From NCBI GenBank assembly GCA_026625185.1, contig CP113000.1, forward strand, positions 2,802,651 through 2,834,650: a stretch of DNA of 32,000 nucleotides, written 5' to 3'. The stretch comes from Thermodesulfobacteriota bacterium. Its GTDB lineage: Bacteria > Desulfobacterota > WTBG01 > JAGOGO01. Position 1 is the first letter of the stretch. Every line of letters begins with the position of its first letter. Below are positions 9,347 to 18,270 of the stretch, one piece after another. A program made the translations under genes and the position numbers. Under the pieces are notes generated by a model, which saw nothing but the letters and a program-made list of their open reading frames with translations, was not told where the DNA came from and did not search any database.

Positions 9347-10297
9347 ATGCGACGCGAAAAAATAAAAAATCTGATATTGATGGTACTCACAATAGCCTTA
9401 GTATTCGGAATAAATATTAAGCCGCTGAAGGCAGAAGGAGATTTTGACAAATTTATCAAACCAGTAACCAATCCGGTTTATTTTGATGAACCTTTTAACC
9501 GGACCTATATTCATTTGTTAACTGCTTATCAAAACCTGCCTTCTCATGTAAATACGACGTTAGGAAACGTCGGTCTCGATGGTCATTTACAGTTGACCGC
9601 GCTAAGGATCAATTATGCGGTCAATGAACGGTTTTCAATTGTTGCGGCAAAAGACGGCTATATTGATTTTAAACCTCATAAAACTTTAAAAGATGAAAGC
9701 GGGTGGGGAGACATTGCTGCCGGATTGAAATACGCGTTTCTTCTTGATCCAAAAAATGAATTTGTGCTTTCCGGAAAAGTCCTTTTTGAATTTTCACAGG
9801 GAACCCGTGATGTGTTTCAAGGGAACGGGGACGGGAATGTATCGCCCTCTTTGAGTTTTCTCAAAGGTTATAAAAATTTCCAATTGTGCGGAATCATCGG
9901 CGGTATCATTCCCTTTGACACCAAAGAAGAAAGCGCCGAGCTCTATGACAGCTGGCATATCAGCTATGACCTTATGAGCGGGCTTTGCCGTCCGGAAGCC
10001 ATGAACAAAATTTTTCCCCTTGTCGAGATCAATCATTTTCGCGTGTTGAACAACGGTCATAGTGATGATCTAGTACCCAGTATAGTTAAATTTGAAGGCG
10101 GAGATGTTGTCAATTTAGGCGCACAGAATTCTGATGATCATCCTGATTTTGTGACCATGGGGGTTGGGTTCCGTTATCGGTCAAATTATCCTTGTTTACC
10201 TATAGATTTTGGGTTTGCCTATGAATTTCCTCTTTCTCAAAAAGAAAATGGCCTTATGAGTAACCGGCTTACCTGGGATTTAATGTATCGCTTCTAA
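9347..10297 (+). CDS. Putative outer-membrane beta-barrel protein (transporter / MetA-pathway-like)
   Basis: Start chosen at ATG 9347, preceded by AAGGAGG at 9334-9340. Signal peptide MRREKIKNLILMVLTIALVFGINIKPLKA, alternating beta-strand pattern, and C-terminal aromatic ...DLMYRF. Confidence 0.6.
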   Translation: MRREKIKNLILMVLTIALVFGINIKPLKAEGDFDKFIKPVTNPVYFDEPFNRTYIHLLTAYQNLPSHVNTTLGNVGLDGHLQLTALRINYAVNERFSIVAAKDGYIDFKPHKTLKDESGWGDIAAGLKYAFLLDPKNEFVLSGKVLFEFSQGTRDVFQGNGDGNVSPSLSFLKGYKNFQLCGIIGGIIPFDTKEESAELYDSWHISYDLMSGLCRPEAMNKIFPLVEINHFRVLNNGHSDDLVPSIVKFEGGDVVNLGAQNSDDHPDFVTMGVGFRYRSNYPCLPIDFGFAYEFPLSQKENGLMSNRLTWDLMYRF

Positions 10298-10313
10298 AAA
10301 TAACATTTACTAT

Positions 10314-10366
10314 AAAGGGAGCGCATTGGTTATAAATTCACTTTAATGCTCTCCCTTTTTTATTTT
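10314..10366 (+). terminator. Rho-independent terminator after the OM barrel gene
   Basis: AAAGGGAGCGCATT (10314-10327) pairs with AATGCTCTCCCTTT (10345-10358) with one mismatch, followed by TTTTATTTTT. Confidence 0.7.
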
Positions 10367-10523
10367 TATACTGATTCTTAATCTTATAGCTTCATTTTTC
10401 ACCTTCACCATCAAATACCTTCCTTATTCTTATCTCTTTTTAAAATTAAAAATTTGTTTGTAAATCGCCGTTCTCCAAAGTATAATGATTTTTTTCCTAT
10501 AAAACCGCTATATAAAAAACTAA

Positions 10524-10871
10524 ATGTTTTGTCCTCAATGCAAATCAGAATATCAGGAAGGTGTTGTGATCTGTTGTGATTGCAACATTCCCTTAGTTTC
10601 GGCGCTCAAATGTGAACCCAAACTTGAAGTTGCGGATTTCGAAGAGATTCTTATTACGAATAATGAGGCAGATATTGCGATAATAAAGTCGCTTTTCGAC
10701 AGCGAAGGAATTGTTTACTATTTTCTGGGAGAACATTTTGCCTTTCCGATAAGGCTTATGGTCAACAAAGACCAAGCGGATGAAGCGCGAGAGTTGCTGA
10801 AAGACCTCATCGCATCGTCTTTAGACAATAATAATTCGGATGAGAATTCAAAAGAAACCGAAGAAAAATAA
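10524..10871 (+). CDS. Zinc-ribbon plus DUF2007 (putative signal-transducing) domain protein
   Basis: 115 aa. N-terminal CPQCKSEYQEGVVICCDC zinc ribbon, followed by ILITNNEADIAIIKSLFDSEGIVYYF...LMVNKDQADEARELL, typical of DUF2007. Confidence 0.65.
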   Translation: MFCPQCKSEYQEGVVICCDCNIPLVSALKCEPKLEVADFEEILITNNEADIAIIKSLFDSEGIVYYFLGEHFAFPIRLMVNKDQADEARELLKDLIASSLDNNNSDENSKETEEK

Positions 10872-10887
10872 TCTGTGGATAAAGGCC

Positions 10888-11661
10888 ATGAAACGTCTTT
10901 CTGGTATTCTTTTAATCGGTTTTTTATTTTCCTTGATCCTCGCTGCTGCAACCTCCCCATCCGCGATTGGTCCATGTTATACTTATAAATTAATCAATGC
11001 CTATCCTCACGACCGCACTGCCTTTACCCAAGGATTAATTTACCAGGATGGGTGCCTCTATGAAAGCACCGGCCTGTATGGGCGCTCTTCCCTGAGGCAA
11101 GTAGACCTTAAAACCGGTATGGTTTTAAAAAAACATTCGCTTCCTTCTCTATTTTTTGGTGAAGGTATTACGGTATTCGGCACCAAAATAATTCAACTGA
11201 CGTGGAAATCAAGAATGGGATTCGTATATAACAAAGAAAACTTTGAAGTGCTTCAAACTTTCCGCTATCCCACCGAAGGCTGGGGGATTACCAACGACGG
11301 TCGGCGTTTGATTATGAGCGATGGTTCCTCCACCCTTTTTTTTCTTGATCCGGAAACATTCAGGGAGGTTGATAAAATAGAGGTGCTTGATCAAGATGGT
11401 GCGGCAGTAAAAGGAATTAATGAATTAGAATATATTAAGGATGAGATTTTTGCCAACATATGGCCAACCACTCGCATCGCTCGAATCTCACCTGAAACGG
11501 GCAGGGTGACGGGTTGGCTTGACCTTGCCGGGATTGTACCCTTGGAAAAGGACGCAGATGTTTTAAACGGTATTGCGTATGATGAAAGGAATGACCGTCT
11601 TTTTGTGACCGGGAAATTATGGCCGAAGGTCTTTGAGATAGAGATTTTTAAAATACGATGA
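10888..11661 (+). CDS. Glutaminyl-peptide cyclotransferase (bacterial/plant beta-propeller type), secreted
   Basis: Start taken at MKRLSGILLIGFLFSLILAAA (signal peptide). YPHDRTAFTQGLIYQDGCLYESTGLYGRSSLRQVDLKTG and NGIAYDERNDRLFVTGKLWP are characteristic. Confidence 0.85.
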   Translation: MKRLSGILLIGFLFSLILAAATSPSAIGPCYTYKLINAYPHDRTAFTQGLIYQDGCLYESTGLYGRSSLRQVDLKTGMVLKKHSLPSLFFGEGITVFGTKIIQLTWKSRMGFVYNKENFEVLQTFRYPTEGWGITNDGRRLIMSDGSSTLFFLDPETFREVDKIEVLDQDGAAVKGINELEYIKDEIFANIWPTTRIARISPETGRVTGWLDLAGIVPLEKDADVLNGIAYDERNDRLFVTGKLWPKVFEIEIFKIR

Positions 11662-12697
11662 TTTTTTCTTTAGGTTCAGCGACTACTTCTCCGATAATTA
11701 CTGCCTCAGGTACGTTTTTTCCCCTTAATTGAATAAGAAGACTATCCGCCTTTTCCCTGGGCACAGAAATCAAAAGCCCACCGGAAGTCTGGGGATCAAA
11801 AAAAATATCCGAAATAAAAGGAGGCATTGTGGAGGCAGGATCAACCCATTTTGAAAAAAATTCTTTGTTCCGAAAGGTTCCGGCCGGCATCAAGCCCTGT
11901 TGAGCATATTCCCGAGCCTCTTGAAAATAAGGAACTTTTTGGGCATGGATAACCATTCCGAAATCATTTCCTCTAACCATTTCACACAAGTGCCCTATAA
12001 GGCCAAAGCCGGTAATATCAGTGCAGGCACTTACCCCCACCTCCTGCATAGCCAAAGAAGCATTTTTATTTAATGCAGCCATTGATTCGGATACCTTAGC
12101 GATAACTTTATCATTCGCCATTCCACCTTTGATAGCGGTGTTAATGATACCAGTGCCTAATGGCTTGGTCAGGACCAAAGCATCGCCTACTTTAGCGTTG
12201 GAGTTAGTTAGAATATTATTGGGATGGATAATACCGTTTATTGAAAGCCCGTACTTTATCTCATTGTCTTCAATTGAGTGCCCACCTACTAAGGTGGTTT
12301 CGGCTTCTTTTAGTTTATCCAGTCCACCCCGAAGGATATTCTTTAATATTTCGATGTCCATGGTCTTGATGGGGAAACAGACTAAATTCATGGCGGTAAG
12401 GGGCTTCCCTCCCATGGCATAAACATCAGAGAGGGCATTAGCCGCGGCAATTTGGCCAAACCAGTACGGGTCATCAACAATGGGAGTAAAAAAATCTACG
12501 GTTTGAATGATCGCCAGGTCCTCGGATAATTTGTAGACCCCGGCATCATCGGATCTCTCGAATCCTACTATCAAGTTAGGGTCCTGCATTACCGGCAATC
12601 CGCAAAGCGCTTTATCCAGGTCCCCCGGACCTAATTTTGATGCTCAACCCGCGCCCTTAACGGTCGTAGTAAGACGAAGTTTTTTCTGTTCTTCCAT
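11648..12697 (-). CDS. selD: Selenide, water dikinase SelD, selenocysteine-containing (in-frame UGA at 12644-12646)
   Basis: The ORF track starts at 12598, but the same frame continues upstream through one TGA to ATG 12697 and reads [55 protein letters not shown]. The U aligns with catalytic Cys17 of E. coli SelD (GAGCGCK). Total length is 1050 nt, which is 350 codons, so the extension is in frame. Confidence 0.9.
12618..12632 (-). promoter_or_regulatory. Candidate bacterial SECIS hairpin of selD
   Basis: Minus-strand AGGUCC-GGG-GGACCU: a 6-bp perfect stem with a G-rich apical loop, starting 11-12 nt 3' of the UGA. Confidence 0.6.
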
Positions 12698-12815
12698 GGC
12701 TACTATCCGCAACCCTGCCTTTCTCGTTTGGTTTTTTTCACAAATCAAACTTGCATATCAATCATAACCAAAAGAAAAAATCAAGCCGAAATAGCAGACT
12801 CAAAAAAGACGATAG

Positions 12816-13058
12816 CTAAAGTGGGCAGATGCCTTGAATATCCAGGTTGCTTTCAATGAGAACCTTTTTTACTCTGGACTCCTCTTTGGTTTCAAAGCGG
12901 ACACAAATTCCGCAATCCGAGCTTAGGTGCCTGGGCACAGGAATAAGCTTGAAAGCCACATTTTCAGCTTTCAATAATTTCTCGGCCCGGAGCGCTCCGC
13001 TTACTGAATAAAAAAGCGCCACCCTATAATTCTTTTCCGGTTCTTCATTAAAGCTCAA
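12816..13058 (-). CDS. DUF3343 (putative Se/S carrier-like) protein
   Basis: 80 aa. YRVALFYSVSGALRAEKLLKAENVAFKLIPVPRHLSSDCGICVRF matches the DUF3343 pattern seen next to yedE/yedF genes. Confidence 0.8.
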   Translation of the reverse strand: MSFNEEPEKNYRVALFYSVSGALRAEKLLKAENVAFKLIPVPRHLSSDCGICVRFETKEESRVKKVLIESNLDIQGICPL

Positions 13059-13629
13059 TTACTTTACCCGCTCCCAACAATGTTGAGGCAATATCATACA
13101 TATTTGAAATCCGACCTATTGCCACCTTATCTTTTATCTCAAAATAACCCAAACAGGTTCCGCAGGCAAGAATATCAATTCCTTTTTCCCCAAGAACACG
13201 CAGATCTTCCAAAACCGGTGATGATTCGACTACCAGTTTAACCCCGGTGTTGAGAAAAATAATCTTCTCGGGAAGCGGGAAAATCTCTCCCAGCGTGTGC
13301 AGAAAGGAGCGCATCAGCAACTGTCCCAGCTCCTCACTGCCGCGGCCAAAGGCATCAGAGGCAATTAGAAAAACGGTCGAACCGGTTTTTTCCTCAGGCC
13401 GCACTGTTTCAGATTCGGCCCTTTCCAGGCTGAGCTGCAGATAAAATAACCCATCTTTCTCTTCGGTTTCAACCCGAAACCCTTTGCTTCTGGCCAAACG
13501 GGATACATTCTCCTTTGCTGCTTCATTATCAACAATGGTGGTGATCGCGTCGGATTCTCCTAAAGCCCGATTGGTCAAAACAACCGGTTGGGGGCATGAA
13601 AGCCCGCGGGCGTCAATAACTATCGCCAT
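13048..13629 (-). CDS. yedF: Selenium metabolism protein YedF, long form (TusA/SirA-like N-domain plus DsrE-like C-domain)
   Basis: 193 aa. N-terminal IDARGLSCPQPVV (TusA CPxP motif). The C-terminal half reads FLIASDAFGRGSEELG...ILACGTCL. Sits in selenium gene context. Confidence 0.8.
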   Translation of the reverse strand: MAIVIDARGLSCPQPVVLTNRALGESDAITTIVDNEAAKENVSRLARSKGFRVETEEKDGLFYLQLSLERAESETVRPEEKTGSTVFLIASDAFGRGSEELGQLLMRSFLHTLGEIFPLPEKIIFLNTGVKLVVESSPVLEDLRVLGEKGIDILACGTCLGYFEIKDKVAIGRISNMYDIASTLLGAGKVIEL

Positions 13630-13640
13630 ATAATCTCCTT

Positions 13641-14804
13641 TTATTTGGCCTTGGAAGCAATTTTTGCGATTGCTTCGAGAAATGTCTTGATATTGTCTTC
13701 GGTGGTGAAATACCCGGGACTTATCCGCACAGTTCCTAAAGGAAAAGTTCCCAGTGTCTTATGGGCCAGAGGAGCGCATTGAAGTCCAGGACGACACATA
13801 ATATTATAATCCTCATCCAATTGCAATGCCACCTCAGAGGAAGAAAGCCCGGCGATATTAAAAGAAACCACCGCCACTTGTTGGCGAGGATCCCCGCTTC
13901 CATAAAGGGTTACTTTGGGGATCGTCTGAATCTCTTCAATAATGCGTCTTGTTAAGTTTTCCTCTCTTGGGCGGAGATTAGCGATACCTTGAGAAAGAAT
14001 AAATTTAACTCCAGCTGCCAGTCCCGCTAACCCGACCGTGTTCGGTGTGCCGCTTTCGTATTTATCGGGAAGAAAACTCGGCTGGTGTTCTGATTCGGAC
14101 CGGCTTCCCGTGCCCCCCCGCATCAGAGGCTTAAGAACGTCTTCTACTCCTTTGGCGACACAAAGCCCGCCGGTTCCGGGAGGACCAAAAAGCAACTTAT
14201 GGCCGGAAAAAGCAAGTAAATCGATGTTCATCACCTTAATATCAATTGGAAAAGCCCCGGCGGTCTGAGCCGCATCCACGCAAAAAATCACATTGTGTCG
14301 CCGGGCAATAGCGCCGATTTCCGCCACCGGCACGAGCGTGCCCACAACATTGGAGGCATGATTCAGGATAATAAGTCGGGTCTTCGACTTAATGGTTTTT
14401 CCCACGTCTTGCGGATCAAGAAAGCCTTCCGCCGAGCAATTGACGGTGGTTATTTCAACCCCCTGGTCTTCCAGAGCACGAAGCGGCCGCATCACCGAGT
14501 TGTGTTCCATGGTGCTGGTTATAACATGATCTCCCGGCCGCAGGATGCCGCGTACCGTCAGATTCAATGCTTCGGTTGCGTTTTTTGTGAATATGACGCG
14601 CAGAGGATCGTCAAGATTAAAAAGCTGTGCGATGATTTCCCTCGCTTCGTAAACCACGCGGCCCGCCTCGATGGAAAGCCGATGTCCGGAGCGACCAGGA
14701 TTGGCCCCAATATGGCGCATAAAGTTTTCCATCGTCCGATAGACTTCTTCCGGCTTGGGCCAGGAGGTTGCTGCATTGTCCAAATAAATTAAGTTATTAT
14801 CCAT
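13641..14804 (-). CDS. Class-V aminotransferase: cysteine desulfurase / selenocysteine lyase family
   Basis: 387 aa. IYLDNAATSWP, TSTMEHNSV, the FSGHKLLFGPPGTGGL PLP-lysine motif and the active-site loop RGGTGSRSESEHQP. Confidence 0.85.
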   Translation of the reverse strand: MDNNLIYLDNAATSWPKPEEVYRTMENFMRHIGANPGRSGHRLSIEAGRVVYEAREIIAQLFNLDDPLRVIFTKNATEALNLTVRGILRPGDHVITSTMEHNSVMRPLRALEDQGVEITTVNCSAEGFLDPQDVGKTIKSKTRLIILNHASNVVGTLVPVAEIGAIARRHNVIFCVDAAQTAGAFPIDIKVMNIDLLAFSGHKLLFGPPGTGGLCVAKGVEDVLKPLMRGGTGSRSESEHQPSFLPDKYESGTPNTVGLAGLAAGVKFILSQGIANLRPREENLTRRIIEEIQTIPKVTLYGSGDPRQQVAVVSFNIAGLSSSEVALQLDEDYNIMCRPGLQCAPLAHKTLGTFPLGTVRISPGYFTTEDNIKTFLEAIAKIASKAK

Positions 14805-14848
14805 TTTTATTTCTTATAATATGTTAAACAAAGCCAGCCAAACGTGGA

Positions 14849-15607
14849 TCAAGAAACCAGTTGCCCCGCATAGAGAGCGGCGCCTAAAGCTCCGACAGTC
14901 TGCGGGCTATCGGGCACAGTCAGCGGAACTCTCATTACCTGTGCCAAAAGTTTACACATACACGGGTTATAAGCCACGCCGCCGGCAAAAATAAATCTCG
15001 GCTGTTGTCCTACCCGGCGCACCATCGCGCTTACACGATCAACAATGGCCTGGTGAATCCCCTGTGCCACGCAACGGCTGTCTTCTCCCCGGCCGGTTAG
15101 TGAGACCACTTCGGATTCGGCAAAGACCGCACACATACTCGAAAGCCGGACCGCTTTTCCTTCCGCATTCAGCGCGTGTTCACCCAATTCCTTGATATCT
15201 AAACCTAAGGCATTCGCCATATTTTCCAAAAAGCGGCCTGTCCCGGCGGCACAACGATCGTTCATCTCAAATCTTCCCACGCCCCCGTCTGATTTTACCA
15301 GAATAACTTTGCTGTCCTGTCCTCCGATGTCGAGCACTGTCCGAACATCAGGAAAAAAATGATGGGCGCCGATGGCATAGGCTTTTATTTCGGTGATGAC
15401 CTCATCCGCAAGTTTGCGTTCAACGACCAGATGTCGCCCATAGCCGGTGGCAACCAGCCGGTCATAGGAGCGACCGTTGATCAAACGCTGCGAATTTATG
15501 AAGGGATCGACCCCGGTATACGCAACTTCTTCCCGCGTAATTCGCTCCCCATCCCACTCCACCAAGGCAATCGTCCTTGAACCGATATCCAGTCCGGCAG
15601 TCAACAT
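14849..15607 (-). CDS. BadF/BadG/BcrA/BcrD-type ATPase; activase (archerase) of a 2-hydroxyacyl-CoA-dehydratase/DCCP-type reductase
   Basis: 252 aa. GLDIGSRTIALV (ASKHA phosphate-1), DIGGQDSKVI, NDRCAAGTGRFLE and SSMCAVFAESEV, which carry the two Cys that bridge the [4Fe-4S] cluster in HgdC-like activators. Confidence 0.85.
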   Translation of the reverse strand: MLTAGLDIGSRTIALVEWDGERITREEVAYTGVDPFINSQRLINGRSYDRLVATGYGRHLVVERKLADEVITEIKAYAIGAHHFFPDVRTVLDIGGQDSKVILVKSDGGVGRFEMNDRCAAGTGRFLENMANALGLDIKELGEHALNAEGKAVRLSSMCAVFAESEVVSLTGRGEDSRCVAQGIHQAIVDRVSAMVRRVGQQPRFIFAGGVAYNPCMCKLLAQVMRVPLTVPDSPQTVGALGAALYAGQLVS

Positions 15608-15661
15608 TCTATTTCTCCAGGTTTTCCATACCTGACAAACTTCTAAAAATTCAACAAACCG

Positions 15662-16819
15662 TTATATCATTTCCAGAAAAGCCTCAATCCGCACCCTCAT
15701 AGTTTCCCGATCAGCATCGGAAAAATCAGTTGTTAGGTGCAGGAAAGGTTTTTCAAGCTTGTTCTTGACCAAATCGGCAACCCAATATGACTCTATATTA
15801 TAGGTGTGACAGCCGTGCCAAGTCAAATCAACAACGCCGTCAACAGCAAAGTCATGAATCATCCTCTCCAGGAGTTGGATGCGTTTTTTATTAGGTGACA
15901 TCACCGAACACGGAATGCCGACCTGCTTTTCAGCCAACAATAAGATGGGATCGCGGCAATCGGTTTCATCAATGCGCAAATCCAAACTTTTGTAGCCGCC
16001 GCAGATCTCCATTGCGACCACCAAACCGCCATACTCTTCAACCAATGAAACCACCTTATCATCATTTTCACCCAACGGAGTTCCGGTTAACAATATCCGC
16101 GGTGTTTTTTCGTTGCCGACATGATAACCTTGCTGAGCCTTTTTTTTAATTTCTTCTGTTAACCTATCAATCAGGGCAACTCCCGACATTCGATCAATGC
16201 TGTATCCTGCCTGAGCAACAATCACCAGCAGGTCCTTACCGGAAAGCAGAGCCGGTTTATTCCGGTTGAGATCAAACAGTTCCTTTCGGGCGCGAGCTTC
16301 TTCGTTGGTCACATGAATCGCCTCACGCAATGCCTCATCGGTTATTTTAACTCCCAATTCTTTTTCAATCGCAGTTTTGAGCCTCCGCACCTCGCTTTTC
16401 CACAACGTAATTGACATAGGTAAATCCGGGATTTGAGGTAGGTTCATCACATGGATCGGCTTGATGCGCTGCAGTATCTCATACATTTTTTTTTTGCCGT
16501 CGCAGGTGGTTTCAGCGACGATCATATCTGAGGCATGAAAAAAAGGACAGGTATCGCTAACCGCCAAATCATACGATGATCTGATAATCGGGCAGAGATT
16601 AGGAGGCAAATCATTATCAGCGGCAAGGAATGGTTCTTTCTTGTTCCCACATAAAGGAACCGCGATAGCCCCGGCCGCAAGCGCCAATTCTACCGGGCTG
16701 TAGGCGCAGTAATGGCCGATTACCTTTTTGCCTTCTTTTTTGGCCGATAAAAGGGCCCCAATATTTTCATTTCGCGTTTCTGAAAGTGCTGAAAAAAGTT
16801 CAGACCGTAATTCAAGCAT
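15662..16819 (-). CDS. 2-hydroxyacyl-CoA dehydratase / BcrC-BadD / double-cubane-cluster-protein (DCCP)-like reductase component
   Basis: 385 aa. GHYCAYSPVELALAAGAIAVPLCG, NLCPIIRSSYD, AETTCDGKKKMYE and the conserved Cys spacing are typical of the HgdB/DCCP superfamily. It lies directly upstream of its cognate activase. Confidence 0.8.
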   Translation of the reverse strand: MLELRSELFSALSETRNENIGALLSAKKEGKKVIGHYCAYSPVELALAAGAIAVPLCGNKKEPFLAADNDLPPNLCPIIRSSYDLAVSDTCPFFHASDMIVAETTCDGKKKMYEILQRIKPIHVMNLPQIPDLPMSITLWKSEVRRLKTAIEKELGVKITDEALREAIHVTNEEARARKELFDLNRNKPALLSGKDLLVIVAQAGYSIDRMSGVALIDRLTEEIKKKAQQGYHVGNEKTPRILLTGTPLGENDDKVVSLVEEYGGLVVAMEICGGYKSLDLRIDETDCRDPILLLAEKQVGIPCSVMSPNKKRIQLLERMIHDFAVDGVVDLTWHGCHTYNIESYWVADLVKNKLEKPFLHLTTDFSDADRETMRVRIEAFLEMI

Positions 16820-16890
16820 GGTATTTCCTAATCAACTTCCTAAAATTTTTATCAATATGAATTTATAGAATATTTTTGTATAAATCACCA

Positions 16891-17109
16891 TTACTCTTTG
16901 TTAATGGTAAGGTGATATTCGTTCCCTTCGGTCTGAATCTGTTTCACCTTCCACCCTTTGCTCGCTACTGCGCGGGCTACATTTTCTTTGGCAGTATCAT
17001 TGTCAACCAAAACCACCATCTCTCCTTTTTCCAGTAACTCCATTCCCTTTAACGTCACCAGCACCGGCTGAGGACAGGAAAGTCCACGTGCATCAATTTT
17101 TTTTAACAT
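16891..17109 (-). CDS. TusA/SirA-family sulfur (selenium) carrier, short YedF-like
   Basis: 72 aa. KIDARGLSCPQPVLVT is the CPxP motif. It lies immediately downstream of yedE, as in the E. coli yedE-yedF pair. Confidence 0.85.
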   Translation of the reverse strand: MLKKIDARGLSCPQPVLVTLKGMELLEKGEMVVLVDNDTAKENVARAVASKGWKVKQIQTEGNEYHLTINKE

Positions 17110-17120
17110 GATATTTCTCC

Positions 17121-18215
17121 TTATGCGACCTTATTTCTCATAGTGCCACCAATGAAAAGACAAACAAAAATTCCGACAACAACCGCTGCAATACCATGCG
17201 GTCCAATTCCTTGAGGGGAACTGGCTAACCCAAAATTATGGGCAAAAGCCGCGCCAACAATCATCCCCAGAACAAAAATCGCCGCATCCCCATCTCCCTC
17301 TCCAGCCAGAAATAATTGCCTTCCGGGACAGCCACCGGCAAGAGCAAACGCGAGTCCCGCCAAAGCCATCCCGCTGAAGTTCCACAGACCCATGGTGTGG
17401 GCAATCGGTTGATTCTGGAAACCCGGATGAAATTGCCCAAGTATCATATTCATAATAAAGGCTGCCACAATAAGGGCAACAACCCCTGAAAAAAGATGGA
17501 GTTGCCGGAACAAAATAAGGTCCCGGAAAGCACCCATGGTACAGAACCGGCTTCGTTGGGCCAGAAAACCCACTGCCACCCCGGCAATCAAAGACATTAC
17601 CAGCGGAGCATGCATTGCGCCCGGCCCCTTTGCGCTGTAAAGAAGAACTCCGCTGCTCTCTTGCCCTTCAAGAGGAGGAAAAATTATCCGTAAAAATAAA
17701 AATCCCATCATGATCAGCGGCAAAATCCAACCCACCGGAGTAAGCGTCGGCTGAGAGCGCCCCAGGTTGTATCCGCCTCTGAAAAATAACGTCCCGATCC
17801 AAATGCCAAAAATCAGGCCGAGCAAGCCCAATATCGCGTTTCCATCCCCGCCGGCAAGCCGTAATAAAGTCCGCCAGGGGCATCCGAGAAAAACCAGCGC
17901 CCCGATCATGGCAAATACTCCAAGAACAAACCGCACAATGGGAGCGGAACCCGCACGGGCCCGAAATTCTTTAAAGAGGTAGGCTGCAAGCAAAGACCCC
18001 AAGACAAAACCAATGATCTCCGGTCGCATATATTGCACCACCGCTGCCCGATGAAGTCCTAAGGCCCCGGCAATATCCCGCTCAAAACAGGCAACGCATA
18101 TCCCCATATTACCTGGGTTGCCGAACTTTTGTAAAAGGGGCGCAAGGATTCCGATAACTGCCCCTACCCCAATGATTCCCCAGCGGCCAGCAAATATGTT
18201 TTTCAGGCCATTCAT
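17121..18215 (-). CDS. yedE: YedE/YeeE-family membrane protein (putative selenium/sulfur compound transporter)
   Basis: 364 aa, polytopic. GNMGICVACFERDIAG, RSRFCTMGAFRD and GGCPGRQL are conserved Cys-containing re-entrant motifs of the YedE/YeeE family. Confidence 0.85.
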   Translation of the reverse strand: MNGLKNIFAGRWGIIGVGAVIGILAPLLQKFGNPGNMGICVACFERDIAGALGLHRAAVVQYMRPEIIGFVLGSLLAAYLFKEFRARAGSAPIVRFVLGVFAMIGALVFLGCPWRTLLRLAGGDGNAILGLLGLIFGIWIGTLFFRGGYNLGRSQPTLTPVGWILPLIMMGFLFLRIIFPPLEGQESSGVLLYSAKGPGAMHAPLVMSLIAGVAVGFLAQRSRFCTMGAFRDLILFRQLHLFSGVVALIVAAFIMNMILGQFHPGFQNQPIAHTMGLWNFSGMALAGLAFALAGGCPGRQLFLAGEGDGDAAIFVLGMIVGAAFAHNFGLASSPQGIGPHGIAAVVVGIFVCLFIGGTMRNKVA

Positions 18216-18270
18216 AGCTTTCCTCCTTTTTGCTCAGTTAAAACAGTAATCTTCAAAAAATGGTTTTTTT

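Noticed and set aside
14295-14792. Plus-strand 165-aa ORF, together with similar antisense ORFs (1311-1700, 6363-6797, 8013-8408, 12021-12422, 20097-20579, 26742-27260)
   Set aside because: Each lies wholly inside a well-supported gene on the opposite strand and has no recognisable domain. They are typical shadow ORFs.
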